64,000 nucleotides of DNA, from the NCBI GenBank assembly GCA_041753535.1, contig JBGSUB010000022.1, forward strand, positions 28,768 to 92,767. Direction: 5' to 3'. This DNA is from Lentimicrobiaceae bacterium (GTDB lineage: Bacteria; Bacteroidota; Bacteroidia; Bacteroidales; UBA4417). Positions within the stretch are counted from its first letter, which is position 1, and each line of letters begins with the position of its first letter. The translations under genes were made by a program, and so were the position numbers. The notes below the pieces were generated by a model. The model did not search any database. It was not told where the DNA came from and worked only from the letters and a program-made list of their open reading frames with translations. This document shows positions 29,565 to 39,703 of the stretch, piece after piece.

Positions 29565-30071
29565 ATGAAAATATACACAAAGATAAGCTTATTACTGCTG
29601 ATTCCGATACTTACCGGGCTCACAGCTTGTATAAAGGAAGAGCAATACCCGGTTGAACCTAAAATTGAATTCGAAAGTTTCGCTACAGCCAGAGATATCT
29701 CAGGCAAAGATTCCTTAGGTGCCATTACTATTTCATATACCGATGGGGATGGTAATATCGGGCTATTCGCGTGGGATACGGTGGAACCCCGCAAATATAA
29801 TTTCTATTTAAAATTCATGGAATTAGTTAACAACCAACTGGTAGAAGTGAAACCTGTTGACAGCTCGTTGACGTTCAATGCCCGCATTCCGTTGCTTACG
29901 CCTGCAGGGCGAAATAAAAATATTAAAGGAGACATCACTATGTATCTCGAACTGTATTTTGCCAGGCAGATACTGAAAAGTGATACTATAGCATTCGAAA
30001 TCTACATCAAGGATCGCGATCTGAACAAGAGCAATGTGGTTGAAACACCGCTTTTTATTATTATGAAGTAG
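29565..30071 (+). CDS. Hypothetical lipoprotein
   Basis: Signal peptide with lipobox (LLIPILTGLTAC). The ATG at 29565 is preferred over the upstream TTG. Confidence 0.5.
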   Translation: MKIYTKISLLLLIPILTGLTACIKEEQYPVEPKIEFESFATARDISGKDSLGAITISYTDGDGNIGLFAWDTVEPRKYNFYLKFMELVNNQLVEVKPVDSSLTFNARIPLLTPAGRNKNIKGDITMYLELYFARQILKSDTIAFEIYIKDRDLNKSNVVETPLFIIMK

Positions 30072-30184
30072 CAGGGGAAAAGGATTGAGGGGATTGATGA
30101 GTTCTGCTTTACGAGAATTAATTTTCAGTTTTTTTTACAAGGTAATAAGGGGGTAACCCTGGCTTACGAATCACAGTTCAGGAA

Positions 30185-30904
30185 ATGAAAAAGAAAGGCA
30201 GAAGGATTCCGCGAATTCTGAAAATACTGCTGATTGCAAGCGGCTGCCTGTTTTTTATTATTTGCATCCTTGCTTTTACCACACTTCCTTTCTGGGCTTT
30301 GTATTCGCTGGGTACCAGCAACAGCAAAATTACCCGGGAACCCGAAACTATCGTGATGCTGGGAGGAGCCGGTATCCCCAGCGGCGACGGGCTTTTACGT
30401 ACGTTTTACACTTCAAAGTTATCTGTTGCCCATCCTATGGCAAATGTAATTATTGCAATGCCGGGCGAAATTGCCGACAGCACCTCAGCACCAAAACTTG
30501 TATACAAAGAGCTAACACTGAGAGGTGTAAATCCACAATCCATCTCGTACGAAAGCACAGGACGGAATACACGTGAACAGGCGCAAAAACTGGCTGCCGG
30601 CAAATCTGCTGCGCAATTAAACAAATCGATTATTTTAATCACTTCACCCGAGCATATGAAACGGGCTGTGCTTGCTTTCCGCAAATGTGGTTATACTAAT
30701 GTCAGCGGTCTGCCCACTTTTGAGTATTCACTCGATACCGATCTTACTTTCCGTGACAGCGATCTTAAAGGAAACAAAATAGCACCACCAATCGGGAATA
30801 ACCTGCAGGTCCGTTACCAGTTCTGGAACCACCTGAAATATGAAATACTCGTTATCCGGGAGTATTTCGGATTGGGATATTATAAGTTGCGAGGATGGAT
30901 ATAA
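30185..30904 (+). CDS. YdcF/ElyC/SanA (DUF218) family protein
   Basis: N-terminal TM segment. It shows the DUF218 pattern IVMLGGAG...NTREQA...ILITSPEHMKRA. Confidence 0.7.
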   Translation: MKKKGRRIPRILKILLIASGCLFFIICILAFTTLPFWALYSLGTSNSKITREPETIVMLGGAGIPSGDGLLRTFYTSKLSVAHPMANVIIAMPGEIADSTSAPKLVYKELTLRGVNPQSISYESTGRNTREQAQKLAAGKSAAQLNKSIILITSPEHMKRAVLAFRKCGYTNVSGLPTFEYSLDTDLTFRDSDLKGNKIAPPIGNNLQVRYQFWNHLKYEILVIREYFGLGYYKLRGWI

Positions 30905-30972
30905 TTAGAGTTGGGGACAAGGAGAGGGGAGACAAGGAGAAAAGGCTAACGGGCGGGAGGCGACAGGAAAAA

Positions 30973-31174
30973 ACAACGGAGGCACTGAGGACACAGAGTT
31001 TCACGGAGTTATTATTAACCATGGAGACACTGAGGACACAAATTTTCACGGAGTTATGTTTTCTTTGAGGTATTTTTTTTTACCGCAAGCATAGGCAGTT
31101 TTGGTAAAAACCCCAAAAAACGGGCCCATACAATTCTTCTCCGTGTTCCTTCGTGCTCTCCGTGCCTCCGTGGT
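30973..31174. repeat. Palindromic REP-like element built of cacagag/cacggag words
   Basis: Two left arms (acggaggcactgaggacacagagtttcacggag and aaccatggagacactgaggacacaaattttcacggag) face a right arm, ctccgtgttccttcgtgctctccgtgcctccgtggtt. Confidence 0.6.
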
Positions 31175-31417
31175 TTTTTTTAAACAATCTTCATTTCTGA
31201 AATAATCAAAGAAAAGCCTGATACTCATTGATTCGGACCAGCAAAAAAAAACCCGGTTTCATGAAGCTATAAAGTTTGTCGAATCATAAATTAACAGCTA
31301 ATATTTGTGCAAAGTCATATCTTCAATTGTTTTATATTTGCCTCCCGTATCTGCAATTCTACCACCAAATAATAACTTAACCAAATCAAACTCAATAACC
31401 TTGTTAATTAACAAATC

Positions 31418-34400
31418 ATGATTTTACGAACATTTTTACTTGCTGCAATTTTAAGTGTAATTGCATTGCCCTTGCTGGCACAAACCAGTGAGCCGGTTCA
31501 CCCGAGTTTTCTCGGAAAAGGCAATCTGGTAGGCATATCACAGCCTTTAAAAGACATTCCTCCGCTCACGGAAACCGAAATCCTGGCTTTACAGGAAAAA
31601 GCCGCTACAAAAGTTTTAAATAAAAAATTAAGGAACAGGGAATATCCTTTTGCAGAAACCGCATTGCCCAAAGGCCCAGATGACGCATGGCAGAAAACTA
31701 TGGGTACGACAGGTTCGCCAAAAGAACCACTCGTTAATTTCGAAGGACAAGGCTCTCCATATTATCCACCTGACTGTAACGGAACTGCAGGTCCGAACCA
31801 TTATATGCAGACGGTGAATACAACGTATGCTATTTACAGTAAAACTGGTACATTACTTGCCGGCCCAACCAATATGAACCTGCTTTTCGGAAGTGTAACC
31901 GGGGCAAACTGCAACGATGGTGACCCGCTTATCCTTTACGATGAGCAGGCAAGCCGCTGGCTGGCAGTGGAATTTTCGTTGTGCGGTTCAACCGACCGTA
32001 TGCTGATAGCCGTTTCGACCACCAACGACCCTACAGGAACATGGTACCAGTACTCATTTGACGTGGCTGATATGCCGGATTACGAAAAATTTGGGATATG
32101 GCCTGACGGCTATTATATGGCAACCAACAACGGGGGAAGTAATGATACGTATGTATTCGAACGTGCCCAAATGCTTGTTGGCGGCACAACGCCTAAAATG
32201 GTTGGCTTTTCGAATGCCTGGCTGCCTACTTCTATTGATGGATTTATGTGTGTGCCACCCGTTGATAACGATGGTACGGCAGCACCAGCCGGTTCGCCGG
32301 GATTATTTATCGCCCTCAACGATGATGCTATCGGCGGTGGCAGCGACCAGTTATGGATTTATGAACTGGCCGTAAACTGGTCAAATACTGCTGCTTCAAC
32401 ATTTAACCGTACCCAGCAGATTAACGTTACTGCTTTCGACAGCAACTTCGGGAGCACCTGGAGCAATATTCCACAGCAAGGCACAACTCAGAAGGTGGAT
32501 GCCATTCCGATGGTTATAATGAATGTACCGCAATACCGCAACTTCGGTTCCTATCAAACCATTGTTTGCTGCCATACTGTGGATGTGGATGCAACAAATC
32601 ATGCAGGGATCAGGTGGTACGAACTACGGAAAACTACCGGATACTGGACAGTGCGCCAGACCGGAACTTATGCACCTGATACACATTCGCGCTGGATGGG
32701 GAGTATTATGCTTAACGCGAACAATAAAATAGGGCTTGGTTATTCAATCTCAAGCTCTACTATGTTTCCCGGCATACGCTATACAGGTCAAACTGCAGGT
32801 GCTTATGCAACCGGTGCCGGAGTGCTTGATATGCCAGAAGAAATAATTCAAACCGGGGCAAATTCGCAAACAGGTGTAAACCGATGGGGTGATTATTCAC
32901 TGATGTGCGTTGATCCGGTTGATAACGATGCATTTTGGTTTACTACCCAATATATTGGCAGCGGTGGCAGCCGGAAAACAAAGATAGCTTCATTTAAGAT
33001 CGGGAATTCTCCTGTGGCCATTACGCTTCCTGCTACAGCAGTTACCGGTACTTCAGCAACAATTAACGGAACAATAAATCCAAATTCACTTGCCACCAAC
33101 TACTATTTCGAATGGGGCACAACCACTGCTTACGGCAATGTTACCACAACAACCGCAGCTGGTTCAGGAACTGTTAACATTGCAGTTAATGCAAATTTAC
33201 CGGGACTTATAAGCGGCACACCATACCATTTCAGAGTTGTGGCCACCAATGCCGACGGAACTACGAATGGTACCGATCTCACCTTTACGCCAGGAGCAGC
33301 AATGGTTAATACCACTCCCGTAACAGGCATTACCCTTACAGGAGCTGCTTCAGGAGGGAATGTAACTACCGATGGAGGCTCGGCTGTTACCGCCCGTGGC
33401 GTTTGCTGGGCTACCACCGCCAACCCGGTTGCAACCGGAAACCACACAACCGATGGTTCAGGAACCGGAGTTTTTACAAGTACAATTAGCGGCTTATCTT
33501 CCAATACTGTTTACCACGTTAGGGCATATGCAACCAACTCAAGCGGAACCTATTACGGAGAAGATATTACTTTTACCACTTTATGCGGCATTTATACACT
33601 GCCTTTCAACGAAACATTTTCGGGTACAACCATACCAAATTGCTGGTCGCAGGTTGATAACCAGGGCAACGGACAGGTATGGCAGTTCGGTACAATAACC
33701 AGTCAATCACCAAACCCGGCACTTACCGGAAATTATGCTTTCCTCGATAGTGATGAATATGGAAGCGGGAACTCGCAGAATGCTGATCTCATTACCCCAA
33801 CCATTGATATGAGCTCATATTCGGCTGTTAACCTTCAATTCTCACATTACTTTAAAAGCTATTCAGGCTCGTCAGGAACAGTTTCATACAGCATCAACAA
33901 TGGTACAAGCTGGACTGTAATCCAGTCGTTTACAGCCACATCCGCAACCAACCCCGCAGCATTTAACCAGGCAATTGCGGCAGTTGCCGGACAAGCAGCA
34001 GTGAAATTCAAATGGAACTATACCGGAACATGGGGTTATTCCTGGGCAATTGATGATGTGCAGATTACCGGAACAGGAGTAGCTGCTCTGACGGTTACAC
34101 CACCAAACCAAAATGTAACTTCCGCTGCCGGAACCACTCCTTTTGCAGTTACAACAACTGTAGCATGGACAGCCTTAAGCGATGCTGCATGGTGCACCGT
34201 TACACCTTCGGGAAACGGAAACGGAACAATTACAGCCACTTATATTGCAAATACCGGTGCTGCTTCACGGGTTGCTAGTGTAACGGTTTCAGGAGTCGGT
34301 GCACTTCCTGTAACTGTAACTGTTACCCAGGGAGGAACTGCTCCGACTTTAAGCGTAACTCCCCTGAATCAGAATGTTACTGCTCCGGCAGGAAATACAA

Positions 34401-36175
34401 GTTTTACCGTAACATCAAACTCAGTATGGAACGTAAGCAGTGATGCAGGCTGGTGTACTATTACCCCTTCAGGAAACGGGAACGGAACAATTACTGCAAC
34501 CTACGAGCAAAATACTTTGCTTGTAGGACGCACCGCTAATATTACAGTTACTGTAATTGGACTAACTCCTGTTGTAGTAACGGTTACACAAGCTGCAGGA
34601 TCACCAACATTAGCAGTAACACCCCCAAATCAAAATGTAAGCGCTACAGCCGGGAATACAAATTTCACAGTTACTTCAAATGTGAACTGGCAAACCAGCT
34701 GCGATGTAACATGGTGTACCACCACACTGGCAGGCTCTGGCAATGGTGCCATTACAGCAACCTACACGGCAAATGCATCAACTAATTCGAGGGTAGCAAC
34801 AATCACTGTTTCCGGAACCGGGGCAACTCCGGTAATAGTTACGGTAACACAATCGGGTACTACGCCAACCTTATCAGTAACTCCTCCAAATCAAAATGTT
34901 ACAGTTCTTGCGGGAAATACAAGTTTCACGGTAACTTCAAATTCTGCATGGACAGTTACCAGCAATGCAAGTTGGTGCACCGTACCTCCTTCAGGAACAG
35001 GCAATGGCACCATTGCAGCTACATACCTGGAAAATACTTCCCTTTCGGAAAGGGTTGCTGATATTACAGTTACAGTTGCCGGACTCCCGTCAGTTATAGT
35101 TACGGTAACACAAGCTGCTGCAACTCCCACCTTATCAGTGACACCTCAGAATATAAATGTTTCTTCTGCAGCCGGTGTTGTAAATTACACGGTTACAACT
35201 AATTCGACCTGGACTGCAACCAACAACACGTTCTGGTGCTCCATAACGCCTGCCGGAAGCGGTAACGGAACTTTAGTCGCAACCTACCAGGAAAACACCT
35301 CACTGGATCAACGTATCGACTACTTCGCAGTATCAGTCCCGGGAGCTCCCAATGCCAATGTTACACTTACACAGGCTGGTGCTTCGCCATTCCTTTCAGT
35401 TGATCCGCATAACCAGGTTGTTGGCTACCAGTCGGGCAATGTTATTTTCGTAGTAAGCTCAAATATGCCATGGACAGCCGCGAGCGCTTCAAACTGGTGC
35501 ACGGTCACAACTTCAGGAAACGGGAATGGGTCAATTGTAGCTTCTTTCGATGAAAATACGTTTGCTGCTAACCGCACTGCAAGTATTACGGTAAGTGCAT
35601 CAGGAATTCCACCTGTCACTATTACAGTTGAACAGCAGGCACCGGCTGCCACTCTGAATGTTACACCGTCAACACGCACAGTTACCGATCCGGCCGGAAG
35701 CACTACATTTAATGTTTCGTCGAACACTGATTGGACCACCAACTGTGATGCCAACTGGTGCCAGGTTACTCCTTCAGGCACAGGAATTGGTCCAATTACA
35801 GCCAGCTATCAGCAAAATCTAACTCCTGTAATCCGAACAGCCAATATCCAGGTAAGCGGGACAGGTGTTGCCGGCCCTATAACCGTTCAGGTATTGCAAC
35901 TGCCTTCTTTTGTTTCGGTAGAAGAAAACCCTGTAAATGCAATCCAGGTTTATCCCAATCCGACAACAGGTATTTTTGTGATCAGCAGTCCTTCACCGGA
36001 GATGATGGAAATGAGGGCCAGTATAATCAATGCAAAAGGGAAAACCATTCTTACAAGACAATGCAAAGGGGCCAACAGCTATACCTTCGATCTTTCGCAG
36101 GCTGCTGCCGGAAATTATTTTGTAAAAGTTGAAACAGGGGAGAAAACATATGTGATGAAGATTGTGGTTCAGTAA
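31418..36175 (+). CDS. Giant T9SS-secreted multidomain protein: N-terminal globular domain, two Fn3-like repeats, a choice-of-anchor-J/MAM-like domain, seven BACON repeats and a T9SS CTD
   Basis: 1585 aa with a signal peptide. Seven ~82-aa repeats follow the form L.VTP.NQNV...G...F.VTSN..W...S...WC.VTPSG.GNGTI.ATY..N....R.A.ITV, the BACON signature. The C-terminus VYPNPTTGIFVI...KIVVQ is a T9SS CTD. Confidence 0.85.
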   Translation: MILRTFLLAAILSVIALPLLAQTSEPVHPSFLGKGNLVGISQPLKDIPPLTETEILALQEKAATKVLNKKLRNREYPFAETALPKGPDDAWQKTMGTTGSPKEPLVNFEGQGSPYYPPDCNGTAGPNHYMQTVNTTYAIYSKTGTLLAGPTNMNLLFGSVTGANCNDGDPLILYDEQASRWLAVEFSLCGSTDRMLIAVSTTNDPTGTWYQYSFDVADMPDYEKFGIWPDGYYMATNNGGSNDTYVFERAQMLVGGTTPKMVGFSNAWLPTSIDGFMCVPPVDNDGTAAPAGSPGLFIALNDDAIGGGSDQLWIYELAVNWSNTAASTFNRTQQINVTAFDSNFGSTWSNIPQQGTTQKVDAIPMVIMNVPQYRNFGSYQTIVCCHTVDVDATNHAGIRWYELRKTTGYWTVRQTGTYAPDTHSRWMGSIMLNANNKIGLGYSISSSTMFPGIRYTGQTAGAYATGAGVLDMPEEIIQTGANSQTGVNRWGDYSLMCVDPVDNDAFWFTTQYIGSGGSRKTKIASFKIGNSPVAITLPATAVTGTSATINGTINPNSLATNYYFEWGTTTAYGNVTTTTAAGSGTVNIAVNANLPGLISGTPYHFRVVATNADGTTNGTDLTFTPGAAMVNTTPVTGITLTGAASGGNVTTDGGSAVTARGVCWATTANPVATGNHTTDGSGTGVFTSTISGLSSNTVYHVRAYATNSSGTYYGEDITFTTLCGIYTLPFNETFSGTTIPNCWSQVDNQGNGQVWQFGTITSQSPNPALTGNYAFLDSDEYGSGNSQNADLITPTIDMSSYSAVNLQFSHYFKSYSGSSGTVSYSINNGTSWTVIQSFTATSATNPAAFNQAIAAVAGQAAVKFKWNYTGTWGYSWAIDDVQITGTGVAALTVTPPNQNVTSAAGTTPFAVTTTVAWTALSDAAWCTVTPSGNGNGTITATYIANTGAASRVASVTVSGVGALPVTVTVTQGGTAPTLSVTPLNQNVTAPAGNTSFTVTSNSVWNVSSDAGWCTITPSGNGNGTITATYEQNTLLVGRTANITVTVIGLTPVVVTVTQAAGSPTLAVTPPNQNVSATAGNTNFTVTSNVNWQTSCDVTWCTTTLAGSGNGAITATYTANASTNSRVATITVSGTGATPVIVTVTQSGTTPTLSVTPPNQNVTVLAGNTSFTVTSNSAWTVTSNASWCTVPPSGTGNGTIAATYLENTSLSERVADITVTVAGLPSVIVTVTQAAATPTLSVTPQNINVSSAAGVVNYTVTTNSTWTATNNTFWCSITPAGSGNGTLVATYQENTSLDQRIDYFAVSVPGAPNANVTLTQAGASPFLSVDPHNQVVGYQSGNVIFVVSSNMPWTAASASNWCTVTTSGNGNGSIVASFDENTFAANRTASITVSASGIPPVTITVEQQAPAATLNVTPSTRTVTDPAGSTTFNVSSNTDWTTNCDANWCQVTPSGTGIGPITASYQQNLTPVIRTANIQVSGTGVAGPITVQVLQLPSFVSVEENPVNAIQVYPNPTTGIFVISSPSPEMMEMRASIINAKGKTILTRQCKGANSYTFDLSQAAAGNYFVKVETGEKTYVMKIVVQ
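34087..35900 (+). repeat. Seven tandem ~246 nt coding repeats (BACON domains) inside the 31418..36175 gene
   Basis: Repeat starts are visible in the protein as LTVTPPNQNV, LSVTPLNQNV, LAVTPPNQNV, LSVTPPNQNV, LSVTPQNINV, LSVDPHNQVV and LNVTPSTRTV. Confidence 0.8.
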
Positions 36176-36400
36176 GAGGCTGTCTAAGATTGATGTTTTT
36201 AACTTTCAAAGGGGCGAAGGGGAGAAACGGCGAGGAGCGAGAGCCAAAATATCAACTAAAAATTGAACCTCAATTCAGGATACTTCCGTCATCGGACTCC
36301 TGTCTTCTTACTTTCACTCAACTAATTGTATTTATATAGCAAATTTAAACTGTTTATAAGTGTTGGAGTATAAAACTCTGCATTAGTAGTTTGTGAAAAA

Positions 36401-36429
36401 GCGCTTGCCATTGGGTAGGCGTTTTTTTT
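36401..36429 (+). terminator. Rho-independent terminator candidate
   Basis: gcgcttgcc attg ggtaggcgt (9 bp stem including G-U pairs) followed by T8. It lies about 230 nt downstream of the stop at 36175. Confidence 0.35.
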
Positions 36430-36518
36430 ATAAAGGCATTCTTTAAAGAATATTTTAAAAATAATTAAGTAAAACCATTAATTTTAATCGCATTTTATAG
36501 TTCTTTAATTAACAAAAA

Positions 36519-37790
36519 ATGAAACTCAAACTCTTAGCATTTTTAACATTTTTGCTTTGCGCAGCCAAAATAGCTGTTGCCCAGGATTACTGGCAAAAGA
36601 TAAATACTCCCGACAGCCTTTCATTAACCGATGTTATGGTTGATAACGAGGGAAGTATTTTCTTAAGCAGTTGGAATAATTTTAATAAAGGGGGAGTTTA
36701 TCGATCTGATGATGATGGGTATTCATGGGAAAGAAAGAATAATGGGTTATTTGTACCAAACCAAAGTATACTCCAATTAGAGATAAACTCTTATGGTACT
36801 TTTTTTGCAGGGGCTCAAGGCCAGATTTTTAAATCTTTAGACAGAGGTGAAACCTGGACACTTGTTTATGATACACCCTTGTATGGGGCAAATATGCATA
36901 CTGTAAAATGTGGTTATGACAGTATAATTTTGGTGGGGGGCGAAAATCAGGATGCGATTATACGCTCAGGTGATTATGGCATGACCTGGCAAAAAGTACT
37001 CGATATTTCACATCCCTATTGGTTCGAATCTATTACAGATATTCATTTTGGGCCAAATGGAGTAATATATGCCTGCTCACGCATAATATTATCCAACGAC
37101 CCGGGTATGGTTTATGCGAGTTACGACCAGGGGCGCACATGGCAGGTGTTTTGCGAAGCCGGTTATCCGATATCTTTAGGATTCGATAATCAAGGGCGGT
37201 TATTAAGGGGTGAATTTGGGCTTGGGCTTTTTCGATATGATTTCACAACATCACTTTGGGAGAATACTACATACAATGGGTCTTCTCCGCGCTCAATTCT
37301 AACTGTACCTGATGGTAAAATTTTTCTGGCCTGTGGTTATTATCCAAGCTATTTAGGTGGAGTAATGCTATCACTAGATGATGGGAATTCATATCAATTT
37401 AATAATTCGGGTTTATTGGGTTTTGAAAAAGATTCTGATAATCTAATAAAAGATAATATTGGAAGGGTTTTATTATTGAGTCTGGGCCTCTACCGCAGTT
37501 TTGACACAATTTTTACTAGTGTGAAGGATATAAATACAGAAGCAAATCAACTTTTGGCATATCCGAATCCGTTTCATGATAATGTCACCATAACATTTCC
37601 TTGTACTAAAGGTAACGATCCTGAGGCTAAGGTATTGATATTCAATTCTACAGGGCAATTAATTCATCAATCAAGCGGAAGCAACCGGCAGGAGTATATT
37701 TGGGATGGATCTAATTTTCCTAGCGGGATTTACAGTGTTCAATTTTATAATAGGAAATCAACAAGCACTATTAAAGTACTTCATTATTAA
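36519..37790 (+). CDS. BNR/Asp-box repeat (sortilin/PSII-stability-factor-like beta-propeller) protein with T9SS CTD
   Basis: Signal peptide present. Asp-box motifs are SDDDGYSW, SLDRGETW, SGDYGMTW and SYDQGRTW. The C-terminus YPNPFHDNVTITF...IKVLHY is a T9SS CTD. Confidence 0.75.
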   Translation: MKLKLLAFLTFLLCAAKIAVAQDYWQKINTPDSLSLTDVMVDNEGSIFLSSWNNFNKGGVYRSDDDGYSWERKNNGLFVPNQSILQLEINSYGTFFAGAQGQIFKSLDRGETWTLVYDTPLYGANMHTVKCGYDSIILVGGENQDAIIRSGDYGMTWQKVLDISHPYWFESITDIHFGPNGVIYACSRIILSNDPGMVYASYDQGRTWQVFCEAGYPISLGFDNQGRLLRGEFGLGLFRYDFTTSLWENTTYNGSSPRSILTVPDGKIFLACGYYPSYLGGVMLSLDDGNSYQFNNSGLLGFEKDSDNLIKDNIGRVLLLSLGLYRSFDTIFTSVKDINTEANQLLAYPNPFHDNVTITFPCTKGNDPEAKVLIFNSTGQLIHQSSGSNRQEYIWDGSNFPSGIYSVQFYNRKSTSTIKVLHY

Positions 37791-38029
37791 TCATATACGC
37801 AAATTTTATAAAACAATCAACAAAGCCATCTTTCTGATTTTGTCTTTATTCCTTTTCAATTATCTAAATTCAACTTTAATAACCGACTTCCAAAATCAGG
37901 TTTTTCCTCATAATTAAAGAATCAACCTTCAAAATAAAATATCTAATTATATATATTGGAGTTATAGGAATGTTTCTATATTTGTGAAACCCAATTTTTA
38001 ACTATTTAAACCAAAAAACTATACACCCA

Positions 38030-39169
38030 ATGGACTTTAATTTCACCGAAGAGCAGCTGATGATCCGTGATGCTGCGCGCGATTTTGCACAACGTGAATT
38101 GATTACCGATGTTATTGAACGCGATGCCGGCGCAATTTACCCGACAAAGCATGTACAACGCATGGCTGAACTGGGTTTCCTGGGCATGCTGGTTGACCCG
38201 AAATACGATGGCGGCGGCATGGATACGGTTTCGTACGTGCTGGCGATGGAAGAAATATCGAAAGTAGATTCTTCAGCAAGTGTGATTATGAGCGTAAACA
38301 ACTCACTGGTTTGCTATGGATTACAGGAATTTGCCTCCGAAGAACAAAAAGAAAAATACCTGAAACCCCTTGCCCGTGGCGAAAAGATCGGCGCTTTCCT
38401 GCTTTCGGAACCCGATGCTGGCTCCGATGCTACTTCGCAGCGTACCACTGCCGTGGATATGGGTGACTACTACCTGGTTAACGGCACTAAAAACTGGATT
38501 ACAAATGGTGATACTGCTGGCACCTACCTGCTTATTGCTCAAACCGATCCTGAAAAAAAGCACAAAGGCATCAACTGCCTGATTGTGGACCGGAATTCAC
38601 CCGGCATAAGCGTTGGACCACACGAAGATAAAATGGGGATGCGCAGCAGCGATACCCATTCGGTGATGTTCAACGACGTGAAAGTTCCCAAGGAAAACCG
38701 CATTGGCGCCGATGGTTTCGGATTTACATTTGCAATGAAAACCCTCGAAGGCGGACGTATCGGCATTGCATCTCAGGCACTCGGTATTGCCAGCGGTGCT
38801 TTCGAACGTGCTGTGCAGTATGCCAAGGAACGCAAGGCATTCGGTACTTTTATTGCCAACCACCAGGCTATTGCTTTTAAATTAGCCGATATGGCTGTTA
38901 AAATCGAAAATGCACGCAACCTCTGCCTGAAAGCCGCCTGGCTCAAGGATCAGAAGCAGCCCTATGGGTTTGCCAGCGCTATGGCCAAATACTATTCAGC
39001 AGAGATAGCTATGGAAGTTACCACTCAGGCCGTTCAGATACACGGCGGGTATGGATATGTGAAAGAATACCATGTGGAACGCCTGATGCGTGAAGCCAAG
39101 CTGACGCAGATTTACGAAGGCACGAGCGAGATACAGCAGATTATTATTTCGAGGGAAATCCTGAAATAA
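38030..39169 (+). CDS. Acyl-CoA dehydrogenase (short-chain/butyryl-CoA type)
   Basis: 379 aa with the patterns MDFNFTEEQ, GAFLLSEPDAGSD, WITNG and QIYEGTSEIQ, typical of ACADs. This fits with ptb-buk in the same window. Confidence 0.9.
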   Translation: MDFNFTEEQLMIRDAARDFAQRELITDVIERDAGAIYPTKHVQRMAELGFLGMLVDPKYDGGGMDTVSYVLAMEEISKVDSSASVIMSVNNSLVCYGLQEFASEEQKEKYLKPLARGEKIGAFLLSEPDAGSDATSQRTTAVDMGDYYLVNGTKNWITNGDTAGTYLLIAQTDPEKKHKGINCLIVDRNSPGISVGPHEDKMGMRSSDTHSVMFNDVKVPKENRIGADGFGFTFAMKTLEGGRIGIASQALGIASGAFERAVQYAKERKAFGTFIANHQAIAFKLADMAVKIENARNLCLKAAWLKDQKQPYGFASAMAKYYSAEIAMEVTTQAVQIHGGYGYVKEYHVERLMREAKLTQIYEGTSEIQQIIISREILK

Positions 39170-39307
39170 TTGATCATCGTTTGCATGGGTAGAGACGCAG
39201 TATACCGCGTCTGTACTACCCATGATACGTTTTTTTGTGGATTGAATATCCGAAAATTCAGAATCGGTAATTCAAACCCCACATCCAAAATTCTTCATTC
39301 TTCAATT

Positions 39308-39595
39308 ATGTCTGACGAAGAAAGAATTCTCACTCTCCATCCGGAGGGTAAAAAAGGTGTAAATATCCTGAAAGGCAAATACGAAATAACACGGGAATGC
39401 CTCCTGGGTATTTTCGCGGAATTTCCGGAGATCAGTCACAAAGACCTGACCCGTTTATCAAAAGAAAGATTAAGCGGCAAACTGGAAGGGAATGCCGGAT
39501 GGTATATGGAAGCTGTGTTGTTGGATATGATTGCTCGGGGAATCATTAAAAGGATAGCCGATAAACCAGTGAAGCTGGGATTGGTAAGCAAATAA
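39308..39595 (+). CDS. Hypothetical small protein
   Basis: 95 codons from the ATG at 39308 (MSDEERILTLHPEGKK...). The upstream part of the long ORF covers a hairpin after the preceding gene. No family was recognised. Confidence 0.4.
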   Translation: MSDEERILTLHPEGKKGVNILKGKYEITRECLLGIFAEFPEISHKDLTRLSKERLSGKLEGNAGWYMEAVLLDMIARGIIKRIADKPVKLGLVSK

Positions 39596-39610
39596 ACAAG
39601 AGTCGAAAGT

Positions 39611-39703
39611 CAGATGTCGGAAGCCAGATGTCGGAGGCCCCAAATTGCCGAATTGTCACATTGTCAAATTGTCGAATTGTCGAATTGCCGAATTGCCGAA
39701 TTA
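39611..39703. repeat. Short tandem word repeats (cagatgtcgga x2, then gycgaattg x about 7) between convergent genes
   Basis: cagatgtcggaagccagatgtcgga is followed by aaattgccgaattgtcacattgtcaaattgtcgaattgtcgaattgccgaattgccgaatt. Confidence 0.7.

Noticed and set aside
32058-35781. Numerous 60-125-aa ORFs in other frames and on the opposite strand within the giant BACON protein gene
   Set aside because: They are by-products of a long, compositionally biased, repetitive CDS. None has independent support, and all are fully nested in the 1585-aa frame.
36176-36400. Small RNA gene between the giant protein stop and the terminator at 36401..36429
   Set aside because: No convincing Bacteroidota promoter (TTTG / TAnnTTTG) was found at a suitable distance. 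The hairpin may simply end a long 3' UTR.
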